64,000 nt of DNA from Pyrinomonadaceae bacterium (GCA_963748605.1 CAVVJS010000011.1:17963-81962), one strand, 5' to 3'. Positions 40,846 through 49,500 are shown, numbered from the stretch's first letter. Notes: a model not told the origin generated them from the letters alone. Made by a program: numbers and translations.

Positions 40846-41856
40846 ATGCTCAAGCTCGGTGTAATCGGTTATGGCTACTGGGGACCGAATCTGGTGCGCA
40901 ATTTTATGGAAGCACCCGGTTCGACAGTCGTTGCTGTGTGCGACCTCCGTCCCGAACGTCTTAAGCAACTGAAAATCCGCTATCCTTCAATCAAGATTTG
41001 CGCCGACCCCCAACAACTCTTCGACGATCCAGAAATTGAAGCGATTGCCATCGTCACTCCCGTTACATCTCACTTCGAACTTGCACTTGCGGCACTGCAC
41101 GCGGGCAAACATGTGCTGGTGGAAAAACCGCTCGCTGCAAATTCTGAGCAAGCCCTGCAATTGATCGAAGAAGCAGCTGCGCGCAAACGTATCCTGATGG
41201 TGGATCACACATTTGTTTATACCGGCGCGGTACGTAAGATTCGCGAACTGATTACCGAAAACGAGCTGGGCGAAATCTATTATTACGACGCCGTTCGAGT
41301 GAACCTCGGACTGTTCCAACACGACGTAAATGTGATCTGGGATCTGGCGATACACGATCTTTCGATTATGGATTACGTGCTTCCCTCGCGCGCTGTGGCG
41401 GTTTCCGCCACGGGTATCAGCAACCTTCCCGGTCAACCGGAAAACGTTGCTTACATCACGCTTTTTTTCGCAAATCCCCAAATTGCGCATGTGCATGTAA
41501 ATTGGCTTACTCCTGTGAAAGTCCGTCACACGTTGATTGGCGGCAGCGACAAGATGATTCTTTACGACGATCTCGAGCCGAGCGAGAAAGTGAAGATTTA
41601 CGATAAGGGCGTTCTCGTGTCGCAGAGTCCGGAAGATGTTTATGAGATGTTGGTAAGTTATCGCTCGGGCGACATGTGGGCCCCGCGACTGGACACAACT
41701 GAAGCTCTGTACACGGAAGCGCTGCATTTCATCGACTGCGTCAAACATGACAAGCAGCCGATAACTGACGGTCAGGCAGGACTGCGACTTGTGCGTATCG
41801 TAGAGGCGGCTGAGCGATCGTTGCGCGCTCGCGGTGAGCTGGTAGAGATTCTGTAG
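40846..41856 (+). CDS. Gfo/Idh/MocA family oxidoreductase, WbpB-like
   Basis: 336 aa. N-terminal Rossmann LKLGVIGYGYWGPNL and EKPLA motif. Confidence 0.9.
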   Translation: MLKLGVIGYGYWGPNLVRNFMEAPGSTVVAVCDLRPERLKQLKIRYPSIKICADPQQLFDDPEIEAIAIVTPVTSHFELALAALHAGKHVLVEKPLAANSEQALQLIEEAAARKRILMVDHTFVYTGAVRKIRELITENELGEIYYYDAVRVNLGLFQHDVNVIWDLAIHDLSIMDYVLPSRAVAVSATGISNLPGQPENVAYITLFFANPQIAHVHVNWLTPVKVRHTLIGGSDKMILYDDLEPSEKVKIYDKGVLVSQSPEDVYEMLVSYRSGDMWAPRLDTTEALYTEALHFIDCVKHDKQPITDGQAGLRLVRIVEAAERSLRARGELVEIL

Positions 41857-41865
41857 CCGAAAATT

Positions 41866-42993
41866 ATGATTCCTTATCTAGATCTTAGAGCTCAGTATCA
41901 GACGATCAAGGACGAGATCGATGAGGCCATTAGAAGTGTCGTCGAGAGTTCTCAGTTTGTGCTGGGTGAGCAGGTTGAGGCCTTTGAGTCTGACTTCGCG
42001 AAGTTTTGTGGAACTCAGCACGCGCTGGGTGTGAACTCAGGAACGAGTGCGTTACATCTCGCATTGCTGGCGGCCGGAGTGAAAGCCGGCGATGAAGTGA
42101 TTACGGTTAGCGACACATTCGTCGCAACCGCCGCTGCAATCCGCTACACGGGCGCGAAACCTGTTTTTGTTGAGATTGATCCGCGCTCCTGCACAATGGA
42201 TCCGCAAAGAATTGCCGCCGCAATCACGCCGCGCACGAAGGTAGTTATGCCCGTGCATCTATACGGTGGTTGTGCGGACATGGATCCGATTCGCGACATC
42301 GCGCGACAACACAATCTAATTGTCATTGAAGACGCGGCGCAGGCCCACGGGGCCGAGTATCAGGGTGCGCGGGCGGGCAGCCTGGGCGACATTGCCTGCT
42401 TCAGTTTCTATCCGGGAAAAAACCTGGGCGCGTTTGGAGAAGCCGGTGCGGTGGTAACGGACAACGATCAATTTGCGAAGTCGATCCGGCGCTTGCGAGA
42501 TCACGGGCAAAGTCAGAAGTACTACCACGACGAGGTCGGTTACAACTATCGCATGGAAGGAATTCAGGGCGCCGTTTTGCGTGTGAAGCTGCGGCATCTG
42601 GATGATTGGACGGCGGCGCGGCGGTCGCATGCCGCTCACTACAGCGACGCGCTTGCAGGATCTGGAGTACGACTGCTCGAGCCGTTAGCACAGGGCCGTT
42701 CCGCTTGGCACATTTTTCCGGTGTTTACGCCGCGGCGTGACGAGTTGCTCGAACATCTCGAGACTCGAGGTATCAACAGCCGCATTCACTATCCAATTCC
42801 AGTTCATCTCCAGCGTGGTTATGCTGATCTAGGGTATCAGGCAGGAGATTTTCCCCTCACGGAGCAGGCCTGCAACGAAGTCTTAACGCTACCGATATAC
42901 GCAGAACTTCCGCACGAACACTTGATGGAGGTGGTAGCAGCCATTCACGAGTTTTTTTCCGCGGATTCAGAAGCTATTCGCGCTCACTCCTAG
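41866..42993 (+). CDS. DegT/DnrJ/EryC1/StrS family PLP-dependent sugar aminotransferase, WbpE-like
   Basis: 375 aa. MIPYLDLRAQYQ start, EDAAQAHG, and FSFYPGKNLGAFGEAG (PLP lysine region). Confidence 0.94.
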   Translation: MIPYLDLRAQYQTIKDEIDEAIRSVVESSQFVLGEQVEAFESDFAKFCGTQHALGVNSGTSALHLALLAAGVKAGDEVITVSDTFVATAAAIRYTGAKPVFVEIDPRSCTMDPQRIAAAITPRTKVVMPVHLYGGCADMDPIRDIARQHNLIVIEDAAQAHGAEYQGARAGSLGDIACFSFYPGKNLGAFGEAGAVVTDNDQFAKSIRRLRDHGQSQKYYHDEVGYNYRMEGIQGAVLRVKLRHLDDWTAARRSHAAHYSDALAGSGVRLLEPLAQGRSAWHIFPVFTPRRDELLEHLETRGINSRIHYPIPVHLQRGYADLGYQAGDFPLTEQACNEVLTLPIYAELPHEHLMEVVAAIHEFFSADSEAIRAHS

Positions 42994-43007
42994 ATTTTGC
43001 ACAAACG

Positions 43008-44024
43008 ATGCGCATCTGGATCGATCTTGCTAATTCTCCGCACGTCCCTTTCTTTCGCGCCCTCATTGATGACTTTAAAAGCCGCGGTCATGAAATTGAA
43101 ATAACAGCGCGGGAGTTTGCCGAAACAGTGCCGCTCGCTCGAGCAGCGGGGCTGGCGCCAGTTGTTATCGGCGCTCACGGCGGTAGAGAACTCAAGGGCA
43201 AAGCGGGAAACCTTTTTCAAAGAGCGTGGGCTTTGCGCGCCTGGGCGAGCGCCAGAGCTTTCGAGTTAGCGGTTAGTCATAATTCCTATTCACAGATTCT
43301 GGCGGCGCGCGGCTTGGGATTACGCACGGTGACGTTGATGGACTATGAGCATCAACCAGCGAACCACCTCGCTTTTCGGCTCGCTTCAACTGTGATCGTT
43401 CCCCGAGCGTTTCCCGCTGAACAGCTCAGCCGTTATGGAACTAACCCAGCGAAGGTGAGGCGCTACGAGGGCATAAAAGAAGATGTGTATTTGGCGGATT
43501 TCCAAAACGACCCTGCTTTTGCAGGAAAGCTCCGGAATCTCGGCGTCAGGCCTGAAAATATTCTGGTAGTGGTCAGACCGCCCGCTCGTGACGCCTTGTA
43601 TCATCGGTTCGATAATGAGCTCTTCGAGTCATTACTAAAGCGCTTGAGCGACGACCAGCGAGTAACGACGGTCTTGCTGCCACGCAACGAGACACAGCGC
43701 CAACTCTATGAGGCGCGTACAGACGCAAGAATGATTATTCCTGCCGAGCCGCTGGATGGAGCGAATCTGATAGCGGCGAGTGATCTGGTGGTTAGCGCCG
43801 GCGGTACGATGAATCGCGAAGCTGCGGCCTTGGGCGTCCCTGCTGCTACGATCTATGCTGGCAGTTGGGCTGCCATTGATGAAGAACTGGTTCGTGAAGG
43901 GCGACTGACCCGCCTCAGCATGCCGGCAGATATTGAACACTTGTCTTTGCAGAAGAAGGCGAGAACAGTAAACAGAGATAAGGCTTCGGTTAAGAAAGAA
44001 GTGGCGGATTTGATACTTGGGTAA
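43008..44024 (+). CDS. DUF354 domain protein (GT-B / UDP-GlcNAc 2-epimerase-like fold)
   Basis: 338 aa. MRIWIDLANSPHVPFFRALIDDFKSRGHEIEITAR is typical of DUF354 N-termini. Confidence 0.8.
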   Translation: MRIWIDLANSPHVPFFRALIDDFKSRGHEIEITAREFAETVPLARAAGLAPVVIGAHGGRELKGKAGNLFQRAWALRAWASARAFELAVSHNSYSQILAARGLGLRTVTLMDYEHQPANHLAFRLASTVIVPRAFPAEQLSRYGTNPAKVRRYEGIKEDVYLADFQNDPAFAGKLRNLGVRPENILVVVRPPARDALYHRFDNELFESLLKRLSDDQRVTTVLLPRNETQRQLYEARTDARMIIPAEPLDGANLIAASDLVVSAGGTMNREAAALGVPAATIYAGSWAAIDEELVREGRLTRLSMPADIEHLSLQKKARTVNRDKASVKKEVADLILG

Positions 44025-44059
44025 CGAGGCCGAAAGTGGCAGTAACTTTAACGGCTCTG

Positions 44060-44200
44060 CCGTCTTCCGTGCGGTAAGCCTTTGGCTTACCGGTTCGATC
44101 TTCGTGCGAATCGCGAGGCTGAGCCTCGCGATCAAATATTAGACGGATCGGTGAGGCAAGCCTCAGCGCACGGAGGGCGGCTAAGCCGCCGCTTCCGATT
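44060..44200. repeat. Palindromic 'H' element (CCGTGCGGTRAGGC arms around the TCGCGAGGCTSAGCCTCGCGA hairpin)
   Basis: ccgtgcggtaagcctttggcttaccgg at 44067-44093. tcgcgaggctgagcctcgcga at 44111-44131. cggtgaggcaagcctcagcgcacgg at 44149-44173. The same modules occur at 54555-54640. Confidence 0.82.
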
Positions 44201-44255
44201 AACTTGAATGAGATCCGATAAGCCGCCGCTTCCGACTAACTTGAATGAGATCCGA
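44182..44255 (+). repeat. 37-bp tandem duplication that includes the start codon of the priming transferase gene
   Basis: taagccgccgcttccgaYtaacttgaatgagatccga occurs at 44182-44218 and 44219-44255 (1 mismatch). ATGs are at 44208 and 44245. Confidence 0.9.
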
Positions 44256-45801
44256 GACTATTAACATTCAAACAATTGCTCCGAGCACTGTGCGTGTCGC
44301 CGGGCGTGCGCCGCGTTGGGTGATTCCCGCAGTAAAGCTGGCGATGATCGTTGTAGACGTGTTCATCGCTATCGGCGCCTTTGCCGGCGCGTTCTACCTG
44401 CGCGAGTCAGCTCAGCTTTGGCAAATTGCTGCCGATGGCAGTTTCAGTTGGAGTGCTCGCTTTGCTCCGTACGCCGCGCTCTTGCCGTTCGTCGTCATCA
44501 CTCGGCTATTGCTGATCCGTTACTACGACCTTTATCGGCTGCGCGGCGAGTTCTCGTTTGTTGATGATGCGGTGCGTCTTTTTAAAGCGGCCGCTATTGG
44601 TTCGTTGTTAATTGTCGCGGCTGCTTTTCTGTATCGCGGTGGTTTTGAGTATCGGGCCTTCTCGTATGCGCGCTCAGTCTTCCTACTCGATTTTCTTCTC
44701 GCTCTAGCCGGCATCGTGCTTGTCAGGCTGCTGGTGCGCGGCGGACAAACCGTGGTGCGCAGCCGGGGAATCAATCTCATACCGACTCTCGTTGTCGGCC
44801 GCGGAGTTGAAGCCTCACTTTGCATTCAGGAGATGCGCGAACGGCCCGCGCTCGGTTATCGCGTGATTGGCGTTGTCGACAACCAGCTGAGCGCAGGCAG
44901 CGGCGCAAGACAATTCCAAGATGTCCCCGTAGTTGGAACTCTCAAAGAGTTACCCGAGGTCATTCGCGATTCGGGTGCTAATGAAGTGATCATCGCTGAT
45001 CCAAATGTTGATGGGGACACACTTTTTGAGGTGATGATGCGCTGCGGCAGACGGCGCGGAGTAGAGTTTCGCATCGCGCCCAACCTCTTTAACTGCCTGC
45101 CGCGTAAGACAGAGATTGATCAGATTGGCGCGCTGCCGATGATCCGTCTCTTCCGTGAACCGCTTTCGAATTCAGCGCGCCTGCTAAAGCGCACCTCAGA
45201 CATCGCCATCGCCGCTGTCGCCCTGATCCTGGCCGCGCCGCTGTGGCTGCTGATTGCTCTATTAATCAAATTGGATTCGCCAGGCCCGGTGTTCTACCTG
45301 CAGGAAAGAGTCGGAATGGATGGCCGGATGTTTCTCTGTTACAAATTCCGCACGATGCATCCTGGTGCTGATAGCAATGTCCATCGTGAGTACCAAAGAC
45401 AGTTCATTGCCGGGAGCGCCGAGGCGAATCTCGGTGACGGCGACCAACCGGTCTACAAGTTTCGCAGCGATGCTCGCATCACACGCGTGGGACGCTGGTT
45501 GAGACGCGCAAGTCTCGACGAGGTGCCGCAACTCTTCAACGTGTTGCGTGGTGACATGAGCGTTGTCGGTCCGCGGCCGCCGATCCCTTATGAGGTGGAG
45601 GACTATGAACTTTGGCACCGTAAGCGGCTGGATATGAAACCGGGCCTCACCGGCCTTTGGCAGGTTTCTGGGCGCAATCGCATCCCATTCGAAGAAATGG
45701 TGAAGCTGGATCTTTACTACATCGAGAACTGGTCGCTGTTACTGGATTTGAAAATCATCATGCGCACCGCGCTGGTCATAATTCGCGGCGATGGTTATTA
45801 G
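44245..45801 (+). CDS. Polyprenyl-phosphate sugar phosphotransferase (WbaP/exopolysaccharide priming enzyme type)
   Basis: 518 aa. N-terminal TM bundle, central Rossmann-like domain, C-terminal bacterial sugar transferase domain (KRTSDIAIAAVALIL; DELPQLFNVLRGDMSVVGPRP). Confidence 0.93.
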   Translation: MRSETINIQTIAPSTVRVAGRAPRWVIPAVKLAMIVVDVFIAIGAFAGAFYLRESAQLWQIAADGSFSWSARFAPYAALLPFVVITRLLLIRYYDLYRLRGEFSFVDDAVRLFKAAAIGSLLIVAAAFLYRGGFEYRAFSYARSVFLLDFLLALAGIVLVRLLVRGGQTVVRSRGINLIPTLVVGRGVEASLCIQEMRERPALGYRVIGVVDNQLSAGSGARQFQDVPVVGTLKELPEVIRDSGANEVIIADPNVDGDTLFEVMMRCGRRRGVEFRIAPNLFNCLPRKTEIDQIGALPMIRLFREPLSNSARLLKRTSDIAIAAVALILAAPLWLLIALLIKLDSPGPVFYLQERVGMDGRMFLCYKFRTMHPGADSNVHREYQRQFIAGSAEANLGDGDQPVYKFRSDARITRVGRWLRRASLDEVPQLFNVLRGDMSVVGPRPPIPYEVEDYELWHRKRLDMKPGLTGLWQVSGRNRIPFEEMVKLDLYYIENWSLLLDLKIIMRTALVIIRGDGY

Positions 45802-45828
45802 CTGCCCTTTTGCAAGAGGAGGTAAGTC

Positions 45829-46230
45829 ATGTCACACGATAATGTCGAATTAGTCCGCGGTCTGTACGATTCGTTCGGCAGAGGCGATGTTCCCTCAGTC
45901 CTGGGGAAGATGCATCAGGCAATCGAGTGGAACGAAGCAGAGAACTTCATTTACGCAGATCGTAATCCTTATGTGGGACCACAGGCTGTGCTTGAAGGGG
46001 TCTTTATGCGGCTGGGAACGGAGTGGGAAGGTTTTTCCGTGACTCCGGAAGAGTGGCTGGACGCCGGTAACCGAGTGGTTGTTTTAGGTACCTACAAAGG
46101 AACACATCGTGGAACTGCCAAACGAGTCCGCGCGCAATTTGCACACGTGTGGAGTTTGAAAGAAGGCAGAGTCGCGCGGTTTCAACAATACACCGATACT
46201 AAGCAGTTTGCGGAAGTCGTCGCCATCTAG
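45829..46230 (+). CDS. SnoaL-like / NTF2-fold protein
   Basis: 133 aa. NVELVRGLYDSFGRGD start and C-terminal VWSLKEGRVARFQQYTDT. AGGAGG Shine-Dalgarno upstream. Confidence 0.82.
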   Translation: MSHDNVELVRGLYDSFGRGDVPSVLGKMHQAIEWNEAENFIYADRNPYVGPQAVLEGVFMRLGTEWEGFSVTPEEWLDAGNRVVVLGTYKGTHRGTAKRVRAQFAHVWSLKEGRVARFQQYTDTKQFAEVVAI

Positions 46231-46235
46231 CAAAT

Positions 46236-46361
46236 CGTTTTGGTCTTTGGTTTTTGGCCTTTGGCTTCTGTTGCAAGCGGCCTTTTTCTCGAACCATCAA
46301 GGCGACGGAAACAGGCACCAGAGCCAAACCCAAAACCCAAAGACCAAAGGCCCAAAACCCC
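46236..46361. repeat. Inverted TTTGGCC/CCAAAA arms (same flavour as 32633-32696), 48-bp core
   Basis: cgttttggtctttggtttttggcctttggcttctg faces cagagccaaacccaaaacccaaagaccaaaggcccaaaacccc. Confidence 0.85.
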
Positions 46362-46367
46362 AGACTT

Positions 46368-47579
46368 ATGAAACGCTCAGGAGTTGCAGATCTTCCGTTA
46401 CACGGTGGCCGGGTTCCGCCCTGGCTCGCTGAACGGATGACGAAGCTGGGCACGGCAATCACTGAGACAATCATCATCGACTACGGCACTTCTGCTTTTT
46501 TATCTCGCCTTAGCGATCCATTTTGGTTTCAGGCGTTAGGCGCGGTGATGGGAATGGATTGGCACTCGTCTGGCATCACCACCTCAGTGATGGGTGCACT
46601 CAAACGCGGCCTCGGCCCACGAGCTGAAGAATTAGGCATCTACGTGTGTGGCGGACGCGGCAGATTTTCGCGCAACACGCCGCATGAGCTGCGTTCGATT
46701 GCAGACCGGCGCGGCTTTGACGGCGAAGCCCTGGTGCGGACCAGTCGCTTGACCGCGCGGGTCGACAATAACGCGATTGCCGATGGCTTTCAGATTTACT
46801 TGCACAGTTTCGTTGTCACTTCACAGGGCGAGTGGGCCGTGGTGCAGCAAGGATTAAATGACCGCAGTGGAAGGGCGCGGCGGTATCACTGGCACTCGGC
46901 CAGCGTACGAGACTTTGTTGCCGAGCCGCACAGCGGCATTGTCGGCGACAATCAGGGAACGATAATGAATCTTGTGGCCAACGCCGCGAAGCCGGCACAA
47001 AGCGCCTTGCTGGATATTGCGAGGGAGAAGCCGGCAGCGACCTTGAGCGCGGCACGGCATCTTAGCTTGCCTGCGCATCATGAGGTTCGTGCGAAGAATG
47101 TCGACTTAAAACGGCTCGGCGCGGTCTTGGCTGTTGCTTACGAGCGAGACCTTCACGACTTTGCCGAACTACTTCTGCTTGAAAACCTGGGGCCGCGTAC
47201 GCTCCAGTCACTGGCCCTGGTTGCCGAAGTTGTTCATGGCGCTCCTACGCGATTCACGGATCCTGCGCGCTTCTCATTTGCTCACGGCGGCAAGGACCGC
47301 CATCCGTTTCCCGTGCCGTTAAAGACGTACGACGAATCGCTGAACTTCCTTCGCCGATCGCTCGACGCCGCGCGAGTGGGAGATCGAGAAAAACTGGATG
47401 GCTTTCGTCGACTGGAGCAGTTCGCGCGAAAAGTGGAGACGCATTTGCAACCCGAAGCAGATTTTCCCGCGGTCATCGCTCACGAAAATGCAATCTCGCA
47501 TTCCCTTGGAGGCCGGTCTGTTTTTGATGACAAACATGGCGGGCGACGAGGTAATCCGAAACAACGATCACTGTTTTAA
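46368..47579 (+). CDS. DUF763 domain protein
   Basis: ATG 46368 (MKRSGVADLPLHGGRVPPWL). SDPFWFQALGAVMGMDWHSSGITTSV is the DUF763 core as I remember it. The upstream ORF extension is repeat-encoded. Confidence 0.82.
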   Translation: MKRSGVADLPLHGGRVPPWLAERMTKLGTAITETIIIDYGTSAFLSRLSDPFWFQALGAVMGMDWHSSGITTSVMGALKRGLGPRAEELGIYVCGGRGRFSRNTPHELRSIADRRGFDGEALVRTSRLTARVDNNAIADGFQIYLHSFVVTSQGEWAVVQQGLNDRSGRARRYHWHSASVRDFVAEPHSGIVGDNQGTIMNLVANAAKPAQSALLDIAREKPAATLSAARHLSLPAHHEVRAKNVDLKRLGAVLAVAYERDLHDFAELLLLENLGPRTLQSLALVAEVVHGAPTRFTDPARFSFAHGGKDRHPFPVPLKTYDESLNFLRRSLDAARVGDREKLDGFRRLEQFARKVETHLQPEADFPAVIAHENAISHSLGGRSVFDDKHGGRRGNPKQRSLF

Positions 47580-47826
47580 CGAGTCCCTGGAGGGGTTGAA
47601 AATTTCCCGCGCCCGTAAACGGCGAATCCCAATTCACCATTGTTCGTGGGGTTGTACACGGAACGTGATGACTGCGTATCAATTCGCTATCATTTCGATT
47701 GCTTCTTTGATCTTGGTTCCGTTATAGGTTAGGCTTTGCACTCCTGCCCCCATTCAGGTAAATCACCCCGAAATGATAATCCGCGGAATGCCTGCGCATT
47801 CCCGAAAACTCTTGAAGGAGCGAAGT

Positions 47827-48771
47827 ATGAGCACTTATGCGATGAAGAAATGTCGACCTTTTACCCTGGTTTGTGTCCTGGCGGCACTTTTCGCGGTAAC
47901 ACCGCTCGTTTCCGGGCAAGTTTCAACTACGCAGGCTGCCCGCAGTTCTAACATCCAATCGATTCCGAATGGTTCCAAGATGAAGTTTAAGGGCGTGGTG
48001 ATCAGTCAGGAAGGCGACACCATGACGATCCGCGATCGGAATCGCACCGACTATCACGTGGCTATTGACGGCCGAACCAGCATCAAGACCCACGGCGGGT
48101 TTCTGCGAAGCGGCAAGAAATATCCGGCCAGCGAACTTCTCCGTGGCTTGATTGTAGAGGTCGAAGGAAAGGGAGATACCCAAGGCAGACTGTTGGCAGA
48201 AAAAATTAGATTCAATGAATCGGACATGCGGGCCGCGATTACTTCAGATACGCGCGTCACGCCGGTCGAAGAGAATCAGCAACGCATGGCTGGTCAAATG
48301 GACGAGCTTTATGCCGTGGCGGCTGAAGCCAGGAGAGAAGTGACCGCAGTAAACGAACGCGTTACGGCGTTGGACGAGTATGATGTATCGGAAGTAGTAG
48401 CAGTCACTTTTAAGACCAATAGTGCGGTGCTTTCACCGGCAGCAAAGCAGCAACTTGATACGCTAGCGTTGAAAGCGAATGAAGCGAAAGGCTATGTAAT
48501 CGAAGTTGCGGGTCATACCGATTCCACCGGAAGCGAAACCAAGAATTTCCGTCTCAGCCGGCAGCGCGCTGATGCGGTTGTTCAATACCTGGCGGTACAA
48601 CACAAGATCCCGCTGCGCCGGTTCGTCGCGCCGATGGGTTTTGGCAAGACTGAAGCGGTAGCTGAAAACACAACCGCCGCTGGTCGCCAGCAGAATCGCC
48701 GCGTAGAAGTGAAGATACTTTTCAATCGGGGCTTGACACAGCAGACGACTGCAACTCCGACGACACCGTAG
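47827..48771 (+). CDS. OmpA-family (peptidoglycan-associated C-terminal domain) protein
   Basis: ATG 47827 preceded by AAGGAG. Signal peptide MSTYAMKKCRPFTLVCVLAALFAVTPLVSGQ. OmpA_C motifs TDSTGSETKNFRLSRQRADAV and NRRVEV. Confidence 0.9.
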   Translation: MSTYAMKKCRPFTLVCVLAALFAVTPLVSGQVSTTQAARSSNIQSIPNGSKMKFKGVVISQEGDTMTIRDRNRTDYHVAIDGRTSIKTHGGFLRSGKKYPASELLRGLIVEVEGKGDTQGRLLAEKIRFNESDMRAAITSDTRVTPVEENQQRMAGQMDELYAVAAEARREVTAVNERVTALDEYDVSEVVAVTFKTNSAVLSPAAKQQLDTLALKANEAKGYVIEVAGHTDSTGSETKNFRLSRQRADAVVQYLAVQHKIPLRRFVAPMGFGKTEAVAENTTAAGRQQNRRVEVKILFNRGLTQQTTATPTTP

Positions 48772-48808
48772 CGTTAGCAACTGCTTCGAACAACATAACG
48801 GCAACCAG

Positions 48809-48868
48809 GTCCGCGAACGGTCGACTTATTCTTAAAGGAAATAGTCGCTTCGTTCGCGGACTTTATTT
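48809..48868 (+). terminator. Rho-independent terminator after the OmpA-like gene
   Basis: GTCCGCGAACG (48809-48819) pairs with CGTTCGCGGAC (48851-48861) and is followed by TTTATTT. Confidence 0.6.
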
Positions 48869-48883
48869 GATCAGGGAACTCCC

Positions 48884-49225
48884 ATGGCAATCATCTTTCA
48901 TATCGCAAACCGTAGCGGTTGGGAGCAAGGTCGGGCAGCCGGAAGTTATCAGCCCGAGATGTTTGCGAGGGAGGGATTTATTCATTGCTCCAAGGCCGAA
49001 CAAGTTATCGCCGTCGCCAATAGTCGCTTTCGCGGGCAATCCGGACTAATCCTGCTGGCCATAGACACTGATCGTGTCGCTCACACAATCCGCTTTGAAA
49101 ATCTCGAGGGTGGTGAGGAATTGTTTCCCCACATTTATGGCGAGTTAGATCCTGGCGCGGTGGTGAGGGTATCTGACTTCAACCCTGGTTTAGATGGGTA
49201 CTTCACGATGCCGGGAGCAAGCTGA
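48884..49225 (+). CDS. DUF952 domain protein
   Basis: 113 aa. IFHIANRSGWE ... EGFIHCS ... LFPHIYGEL is the DUF952 pattern. Confidence 0.88.
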   Translation: MAIIFHIANRSGWEQGRAAGSYQPEMFAREGFIHCSKAEQVIAVANSRFRGQSGLILLAIDTDRVAHTIRFENLEGGEELFPHIYGELDPGAVVRVSDFNPGLDGYFTMPGAS

Positions 49226-49297
49226 CTAACTATCCACAAGGCATTCGATAGCTCTAAACTCACATCGATAACGAGCTTTGCACAAAAAGCGGAGAAG

Positions 49298-49500
49298 AGT
49301 CCCGCGAAGCGGGACGGCCGACAATAGCCCAGCACTTCAGTGCTGGGATCGAGAAGCTCTAACAGTGAGTCCGTGAAGCGGACGACTGAAATCCTTTTAT
49401 CGCAATTCAGCCGTCCGCGTTGCGGACTACGGATCTTGGGTCTTCCGGATCCCAGCACTGAAGTGCTGGGCTATTGTCATTCGTCCCGCTTCGCGGGACT
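49298..49500. repeat. Nested palindrome 'E' (53-nt arms GTCCCGCGAAGCGGGAC..CCCAGCACTTCAGTGCTGGG)
   Basis: agtcccgcgaagcgggacggccgacaatagcccagcacttcagtgctgggatc at 49298-49350 faces gatcccagcactgaagtgctgggctattgtcattcgtcccgcttcgcgggact at 49448-49500. An inner inverted pair gtccgtgaagcggacg / cgtccgcgttgcggac is present. Confidence 0.88.

Noticed and set aside
44085-44135. A tRNA-like fragment (ggttcgatc resembles a T-arm).
   Set aside because: No acceptor stem, D-arm or anticodon arm can be drawn. The region is explained by the family H hairpin modules.
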